Source of the DNA: an uncultured Clostridia bacterium
GTDB taxonomy: Bacteria; Bacillota; Clostridia; Christensenellales; Borkfalkiaceae
Length of the DNA: 58,792 bases
Direction: 5' to 3'
Assembly (NCBI GenBank): GCA_964468955.1
Contig: CAYXXB010000001.1
Coordinates: forward strand, 1-58,792
The notes under the pieces were generated by a model. That model was not told where the DNA came from, searched no databases, and saw only the letters and a program-made list of their open reading frames with translations. The position numbers and the translations under genes are program-made. Below are positions 53,302-58,792 of this stretch, in pieces (the stretch's first letter is position 1; every line of letters begins with the position of its first letter).

Positions 53302-54585
53302 TTACGGCACGTAATCGAATTCAACGCCGCCGACTACAACCGTGTCGCGTTCTTTTATGCCCATCTTTACAAGTGTTGATATGACGCCCTTTTCACGCAA
53401 TATTTTCTGAAAGTACGCCATAGAGTCGGGGTCGTTTAAGGCGACGTTACGGCACAGCATATCCACGAGCGAACCGACCAAAACGTAAGCCCCGTCGTCG
53501 TCCCTGTAAATTTCGTAATCGAGGTTGCCGCTCTTCCTGTACGTGAAGTTCTCGTCCGCGGGTATTGGTTTGGATTTGGGTAAAGCCGAAAGCTTTTCCC
53601 ACAGCGCCTGAATAAGCTCTTCCGTACCCTCGCCGTTCATTGCGGTGATAGTAAAAATTTCGTACTTTTTCCCGTACTTCTTTTTGAACTCTTTAACGTT
53701 TTCTTCCGCTCCGTAAACGTCGCATTTATTGAGAGCGACGATTTGCGGCAATGCGGCGAGCGCCTTAGAATAACCTTCGAGTTCCGCATTTATTTTCTGA
53801 AAATCTTCAATCGGGTTTCTGCCCTCGATACCCGATATATCGACCACGTGCAGAAGCATACGCGTGCGCTCGATATGTCTTAAAAAGTCGTGGCCCAAAC
53901 CGGCGCCGTCAGCCGCGCCCTCGATAAGACCGGGAATATCCGCCGCGACAAAGCTGTCATCGTAAACGCGGACGACTCCGAGATTTGGCGAAAGCGTGGT
54001 GAAATGATAGTTGGCTATCTTGGGACGGGCTGCTGAAATTTTTGAAAGCAATGTGGATTTTCCCACGTTGGGAAAACCTATAATGCCGACGTCCGCAATG
54101 ACTTTGAGTTCGAGTATAAGAACGTGCAATTCTGTCTTTTCGCCCTTCTGCGCAAAGTTGGGCGCGTGCCTTCTCGACGTGGTGAAACGCACGTTGCCTT
54201 TGCCGCCCCTGCCCCCTTCGCAGATAAGCTTTTTTTCGCCGTCCTCGAACATATCGCAGATGACCGTATCAGTTTCCGCGTCCCTAACCAAAGTACCTAC
54301 GGGGACGTGAATTATCACGTCGTCGCCGCCCTTGCCGAAGCAGAGATTACTGCCCCCTCTTTCGCCGTTGCCCGCGACATATTTGGTCTTGTAGCGGAAA
54401 GGCAAAAGGGTATTGAGCGTGCTGTCGGCAAGCAAATAGACGTCGCCGCCCTTGCCTCCGTCGCCGCCGTCCGGTCCGCATGCGGGCTTGCCCTTGTACG
54501 ACTTGAACGAATTCATACCGTCGCCGCCGTCGCCCGACTTTATCGTTATTTTGACTTTATCAATAAATATGTTTTTATCTGCCAT
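53302..54585 (-). CDS. obg: GTPase Obg/CgtA
   Basis: The start is set at 'MADKNIFIDKVKITIKSGDGGDG', the canonical Obg N-terminus. It has the G1 motif 'GFPNVGKST' and a C-terminal OCT-like domain. The 34-codon upstream extension would overlap rho. Confidence 0.9.
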   Translation of the reverse strand: MADKNIFIDKVKITIKSGDGGDGMNSFKSYKGKPACGPDGGDGGKGGDVYLLADSTLNTLLPFRYKTKYVAGNGERGGSNLCFGKGGDDVIIHVPVGTLVRDAETDTVICDMFEDGEKKLICEGGRGGKGNVRFTTSRRHAPNFAQKGEKTELHVLILELKVIADVGIIGFPNVGKSTLLSKISAARPKIANYHFTTLSPNLGVVRVYDDSFVAADIPGLIEGAADGAGLGHDFLRHIERTRMLLHVVDISGIEGRNPIEDFQKINAELEGYSKALAALPQIVALNKCDVYGAEENVKEFKKKYGKKYEIFTITAMNGEGTEELIQALWEKLSALPKSKPIPADENFTYRKSGNLDYEIYRDDDGAYVLVGSLVDMLCRNVALNDPDSMAYFQKILREKGVISTLVKMGIKERDTVVVGGVEFDYVP

Positions 54586-56011
54586 TGTAAACCTTAAAAA
54601 ATACCTGCGCTTTCTGACAGAACTCCGCGTTCGATGCCGTCTTTTTAATAGTATCGAAAAGTTCGCGGGTTTCCAACTTTTTGGCAAGTGCGCCCCTTAT
54701 GAGCGCAACCGCGTTCAGCTCCTCTTCGGAAAGCAGAAGCTCTTCCTTTCTCGCACCCGACGAGCGGATATCTATTGCGGGGAACAAACACCTTTCCGCC
54801 ATTTCGCGCGATAAAATTATTTCCATATTTCCCGTCGATTTAAACTCTTCGTAAATGACGTCGTCCAAACGGCTTCCCGTATCGACAAGCGCCGTTGCTA
54901 TTATCGTGAGAGAACCGCCGTTTTCTATATTGCGAGCTGCGCCGAAAAAGCGCTTGGGTTCGACGAGAGCCTGCGGGTCGAGACCGCCCGAAAGCGTTCT
55001 GCCCGAATTGCAAACCGAGTTGTACGCACGCGATAAACGGGTGATACTGTCTACTAAAATAACGACGTCGCGCCCCGTTTCAACAAGCCTTTTCGCATAT
55101 TCCAAAGTGAGCGTAGCCGTGTGTATATGATGGTTTTCGCCCTTATCGAAAGTTGAAAAGAAAAGCTCCGCGCCTTCTACCGAACGCTGCATATCCGTAA
55201 CCTCTTCGGGGCGTTCGTCTATGAGCAGAATTATTACCTTCGTCTGCGGATGTTTGCGGCATATACTGCGGGCAATCTCTTTAAGCATAGTGGTTTTACC
55301 CGCTTTCGGGGGCGACACGATGAGCGCCCTTTGACCGTAGCCGACGGGGGAAAACAAATCCACTACCCTGTCCGTCAGCGAACAGCCGTCGTACTCCAAA
55401 GTATAGCGCTTGTCGGGATAACAGGGCGTAAGGCTTTCGAAATACGGACCGCGGTTAGGATCGGGCGTTTTACCGTTTATGCTTATTATAAACGTCACCC
55501 CCGGACATTCGCCCGTCTTGCGGCGCCTTGCCTTGCACACGATATAATCGCCCGTGCGCAGGTGGTAGCGGTTGACAAAAGAGCTGTGAACGAACACGTC
55601 CGCGCCCGAACTAATCTGCATATTCTGAGTACGCAAAAAGCAGAACTTTTCGGTATATTCGAGTACGCCCGAATACGTCCGCTCCTCGTCGTCTTCAACT
55701 TCGGGAGATTTGAAAACTCCGAGCGTAGACTGCTGAGACTGCTCCTCGTTCACGCCGCTGAAATACTGTCTGCACCTTTCGATATCGTCGACTATTTCCC
55801 TGTCGAAATCAGCCGATTTGGGCGGAGCGCCCCTTGTCGAACGCTCGCACGGGGAAGCCTCTCCGCGGGCGATAGCCATTATATCCGAAATAAGTTCTTC
55901 CTTTTTCTTCTGCGTGGGAAAGTGTACGCCTATAACCCTGCCTATCTGCCTCAGCGTATGTATGCCGCGGCTTTCCAACTTAGCTTTAAGCGCTTCAGAA
56001 ATATCTTCCAT
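54575..56011 (-). CDS. rho: transcription termination factor Rho
   Basis: Walker A 'PPKAGKTTML', RNA-binding OB region 'GVLEYTEKFCFLR', and the conserved 'FFGAARNIENGGSLTI' segment. Confidence 0.9.
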   Translation of the reverse strand: MEDISEALKAKLESRGIHTLRQIGRVIGVHFPTQKKKEELISDIMAIARGEASPCERSTRGAPPKSADFDREIVDDIERCRQYFSGVNEEQSQQSTLGVFKSPEVEDDEERTYSGVLEYTEKFCFLRTQNMQISSGADVFVHSSFVNRYHLRTGDYIVCKARRRKTGECPGVTFIISINGKTPDPNRGPYFESLTPCYPDKRYTLEYDGCSLTDRVVDLFSPVGYGQRALIVSPPKAGKTTMLKEIARSICRKHPQTKVIILLIDERPEEVTDMQRSVEGAELFFSTFDKGENHHIHTATLTLEYAKRLVETGRDVVILVDSITRLSRAYNSVCNSGRTLSGGLDPQALVEPKRFFGAARNIENGGSLTIIATALVDTGSRLDDVIYEEFKSTGNMEIILSREMAERCLFPAIDIRSSGARKEELLLSEEELNAVALIRGALAKKLETRELFDTIKKTASNAEFCQKAQVFFKVYNGR

Positions 56012-56012
56012 T

Positions 56013-56660
56013 TCACTCCCTCTCCATAACGATTATTTTAGTGCGTTCCCCGTCTATATCCTCGCGCGAAAGGGAAATTTCGTTCGCGCCTTCTTCTATC
56101 TCGACCCCATCGTCGAACAGCCCTAAGAACTCGTCGACTTTGTCTATATCGAGGGTGTGATTTTTCGTGCGGTAGTGCATCGGAATTACTACGTCGGGCA
56201 TAATCCTGTCCACGTATTCCTTTGCCATAGCCGCGTCTATCGTATACGTACCGCCGACGGGAATAAGCAGTATGTTTACGGGCAGAATTGATTCGATAAG
56301 TTCGGGCGAACATTCCTCGCCCAAATCGCCGAGGTGGCACACGTCCAGCCCGTCCATGCGGAACTTGAATATCACGTTTTCCCCGCGCAGACTCCCGCCC
56401 ATATCGTCGTGAAAACTTTTAATAGCCGAAATCTTAACCCCCGACAGTTCGTACCCCTGCTCTTTATCGAGTATGACTGGCGAACCGGAAACCGCCGCAA
56501 CGTTGTCGTGGTCGTAGTGGTGATGGGAAACGGTAACAGCGTCCGCACTGACTGCGGGCATAGCAAAGCCCACGCCTTCGTCATACGGGTCGCAGACTAC
56601 CGAAGTACCAGTACTCTCGGTCAGAAGAAAACTCGAATGCCCTAAGTATTTGATTTTCAT
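56013..56660 (-). CDS. metallo-beta-lactamase-fold hydrolase (UPF0173-like)
   Basis: 'MKIKYLGHSSFLL...VTVSHHHYDH' motif. Confidence 0.75.
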   Translation of the reverse strand: MKIKYLGHSSFLLTESTGTSVVCDPYDEGVGFAMPAVSADAVTVSHHHYDHDNVAAVSGSPVILDKEQGYELSGVKISAIKSFHDDMGGSLRGENVIFKFRMDGLDVCHLGDLGEECSPELIESILPVNILLIPVGGTYTIDAAMAKEYVDRIMPDVVIPMHYRTKNHTLDIDKVDEFLGLFDDGVEIEEGANEISLSREDIDGERTKIIVMERE

Positions 56661-56740
56661 TTTTATTTTTATCCTCGTAAGACTTTTTTTAGAATTGATT
56701 TTAATATATCAGGAAAGATTTTTAAGACTTTTTATGGAAT

Positions 56741-57130
56741 TTATTTGACGGCGTATGCGGTTATATTTTTGACTGATTTACCGCTATCGTCCGCGACGAC
56801 GGAAAATGTTATGCGCGCGCTACAGCCGTTTTGGGTCAGAATTATTTTGAGTTCGTGCGTGAATATATCGAGGCTACCGCCCATATCCCCGCTTTTTATC
56901 GTTCCGACGGTATGCTTTCCGCCGATAAACTCCAGCGACATACGCGTGTCGCCGTAGCGGTTGTGTAAGACGTAATTACTGCCGATAACCAAACTGTAAT
57001 CCGCGCCGTCGAATATGTAATCGAGTTTAAGTACTCCGCCGTCGCAGCCGCCTTCCGCTATCACGGAAAGCGCTTCCCCGCAAGGTAAACCGTCCGAGCC
57101 GCAGTCCTCTATTTTCAAATGATATCTCAA
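56741..57130 (-). CDS. hypothetical small beta-rich protein (possibly DUF1934/YwiB-like)
   Basis: 129 aa. Only the overall pattern of alternating beta-strand-like segments supports the call. No motif was recognised with certainty. Confidence 0.35.
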   Translation of the reverse strand: MRYHLKIEDCGSDGLPCGEALSVIAEGGCDGGVLKLDYIFDGADYSLVIGSNYVLHNRYGDTRMSLEFIGGKHTVGTIKSGDMGGSLDIFTHELKIILTQNGCSARITFSVVADDSGKSVKNITAYAVK

Positions 57131-57133
57131 AAG

Positions 57134-58009
57134 CTATTCACCGCCTTTAAGCTCGGTTACAGTTATGCCCTCGCCCGTAAATTCTTCGGCTTTCCCCGCG
57201 CGGTAAGCATTTGCTCCTACGCTTAAAAAACCGATTAACTGCGATATATCCCCGCTTGATTGCGCTTGTTTTAACGTTTTTGTAAAAGCAGTTAAAGACG
57301 AAATAAGGTTTTCGCACTTATCTACAAGGTTATCCGAATTCTTAAGATAGAGCGCCGCCCACACCTTTTCGTCCACGCCCGCAATGCGGGTCATATCCTG
57401 AAAGCTTCCGCCCGTAAAACCAAGGCAGGCGGAAATTTCCTTATCGTTGACGTAGCAGTTGGAAACGACGTGCGCAAGCTGTGAAGTATAGGCAATTTTC
57501 TTATCGTGCAGTTCCGCGGAACATTCCACAATACGCGCAAAGCCCATAGCTTTAACAAACGTTTTTATAAGCGTTAAAGCGCTTTCGTCCGTATATATAC
57601 CGCGGGTAATAACCATACTCGCACTGTCGAAGAGGGTTGCTTCCGCGTTTTCCGCGCCCGAAACCTCCTTGCCGGCCATAGGATGCGCGCCGATATATCT
57701 GATATCCCTGCGGCGAGCGTAAACGCCGTCTTCGATAAACTTTTTTACGCCGCATATATCGCACACAACTGCATTAGGTTTAAATTGAGTGTTTAAAATG
57801 AAATCGAGAGTATCCTGCGGAGGAAGAGCAACAAACACAACGTCGTATAAACTAAAGTCTTCTGCGAAGCCGCCGATTATTCCGTTTGCAAGAAAGTAAC
57901 GTACCGCTTCTTCCGAACAATCGTACCCGTCCGCCTTATATCCGCCGCGTTCGAGCGCCATACATATCGAACCGCCTATAAGCCCGAGACCGGCAACACA
58001 GATTTTCAT
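57134..58009 (-). CDS. tyrA: prephenate dehydrogenase
   Basis: 'KICVAGLGLIGGS' Rossmann motif and 'HPMAG' catalytic segment. Confidence 0.8.
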   Translation of the reverse strand: MKICVAGLGLIGGSICMALERGGYKADGYDCSEEAVRYFLANGIIGGFAEDFSLYDVVFVALPPQDTLDFILNTQFKPNAVVCDICGVKKFIEDGVYARRRDIRYIGAHPMAGKEVSGAENAEATLFDSASMVITRGIYTDESALTLIKTFVKAMGFARIVECSAELHDKKIAYTSQLAHVVSNCYVNDKEISACLGFTGGSFQDMTRIAGVDEKVWAALYLKNSDNLVDKCENLISSLTAFTKTLKQAQSSGDISQLIGFLSVGANAYRAGKAEEFTGEGITVTELKGGE

Positions 58010-58212
58010 ACTCTATCTCCGAAAGAAATCATACGTTGTTATTATACCACTTAAACGGAAATTTGTACAATGATTTTCAGTAATTTGTACAAAATTTTTC
58101 CGCTATGGCAAATACTTCCAACCACCCCGATTTTGTTTGACTTTACCCGCGTAATTTTCTATAATAATATCCGTTAAAAAATTTATTAAAAATAAGGAGT
58201 TCGAATTAGTTT

Positions 58213-58792
58213 ATGAACAAGATGTCGGTTAAAGACCTTAAAGACCTTAAAGGCAAGAAAGTACTTGTAAGATGCGACTTCAACGTGCCTATGAAAGACG
58301 GCGTTATCACCGATGAAAACAGAATTATCGGCGCGCTTCCCACAATCAAATATTTATTGGAAGCAGGTGCGCGCGTTACGCTCTGTTCGCATATGGGCAA
58401 GCCCCACTCCATTTTCTCGGATAAGGTTAAGCTCAACAAAAAGGACTTGAAGAAGGTCGAAAAGGGCGAAGCTACCGAAGAAGAAATTATTGCGAAAGCT
58501 CTGAAGGACGAACCCAAGAAGCTCACGCTTGCACCCGTTGCAAAAAGACTTGCCGAACTTACCGGCGGAAAGGTCGTATTTGCAACCGACGTTATCGGCG
58601 CGAACGCTAAAGCTAAACGCGACGCACTCAAGGACGGCGAAGCGGTTTTAATCGAGAACCTCCGCTTCCACTGGGAAGAAGAAAAGAAGGACGAAGCTTT
58701 CTGCAAGGCGCTTGCTTACGACGCTGAAATCTATGTAAACGACGCGTTCGGCACGGCACACCGCTCCCACGCTTCCACCGCCGCTATCGTCG
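58213..58792 (+). CDS. pgk: phosphoglycerate kinase (5' part, runs off the window)
   Basis: '[22 protein letters not shown]...LENLRFH..EE...[11 protein letters not shown]'. The antisense ORF 58206-58706 is spurious. Confidence 0.9.
   Translation, partial: MNKMSVKDLKDLKGKKVLVRCDFNVPMKDGVITDENRIIGALPTIKYLLEAGARVTLCSHMGKPHSIFSDKVKLNKKDLKKVEKGEATEEEIIAKALKDEPKKLTLAPVAKRLAELTGGKVVFATDVIGANAKAKRDALKDGEAVLIENLRFHWEEEKKDEAFCKALAYDAEIYVNDAFGTAHRSHASTAAIV

Noticed and set aside
54586-54687. 34-codon upstream extension of obg
   Set aside because: The extension overlaps the 3' end of rho and is basic junk. The canonical Obg N-terminus starts at the Met at 54585.
58206-58706. 166-aa minus-strand ORF
   Set aside because: It is antisense to an unmistakable phosphoglycerate kinase reading frame and has an S/F/A-rich translation.

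Overview
The window looks like a chromosomal segment of a spore-forming Firmicutes/Clostridia-type bacterium. That placement is inferred from a CotF-like coat protein, Hsp33, an L-box riboswitch, and the yhbY-nadD-yqeK-rsfS and rho/obg gene neighbourhoods. Ordinary housekeeping genes sit on both flanks. On the left are an apgM-type mutase, an XRE regulator, cotF-like genes, an hslO-TPR-HEAT operon, and a lysine-riboswitch-controlled asd-dapA-dapB operon. On the right are a DeoC-like gene, rsfS, a fused nadD-yqeK, yhbY, obg, rho, an MBL hydrolase, tyrA and pgk. Between them, 10422-49244 (38.8 kb, 66% of the window) is one minus-strand locus of six genes encoding about 12,470 aa of predicted surface proteins. 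It includes an uninterrupted 22.5-kb ORF of 7,517 aa. That ORF has 14 diverged beta-helix modules with a 'LDLNGHTIDR' signature, about 20 MBG-like/Ig-like repeats and a dockerin-like C-terminus. Three other proteins share a paralogous cohesin-like N-terminal domain: a 2,312-aa TM-anchored protein, a 260-aa lipoprotein and a 750-aa protein. The 750-aa protein also carries the same C-terminal dockerin-like module as the giant protein. Three locus proteins have single TM helices followed by P/Q-rich (one Met-rich, one acidic) predicted cytoplasmic tails. No sortase/LPXTG, SLH, transposase or integrase signal was seen. My main hypothesis, by inference only, is a non-cellulosomal cohesin/dockerin-like system that tethers a giant adhesin to the membrane. 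Smaller curiosities are a consensus-promoter small ORF divergent from the XRE gene, an orphan plus-strand terminator or sRNA candidate, a DeoC-like protein lacking catalytic lysines, and a long closed hairpin element. No rRNA, tRNA, CRISPR array or mobile element was recognised.
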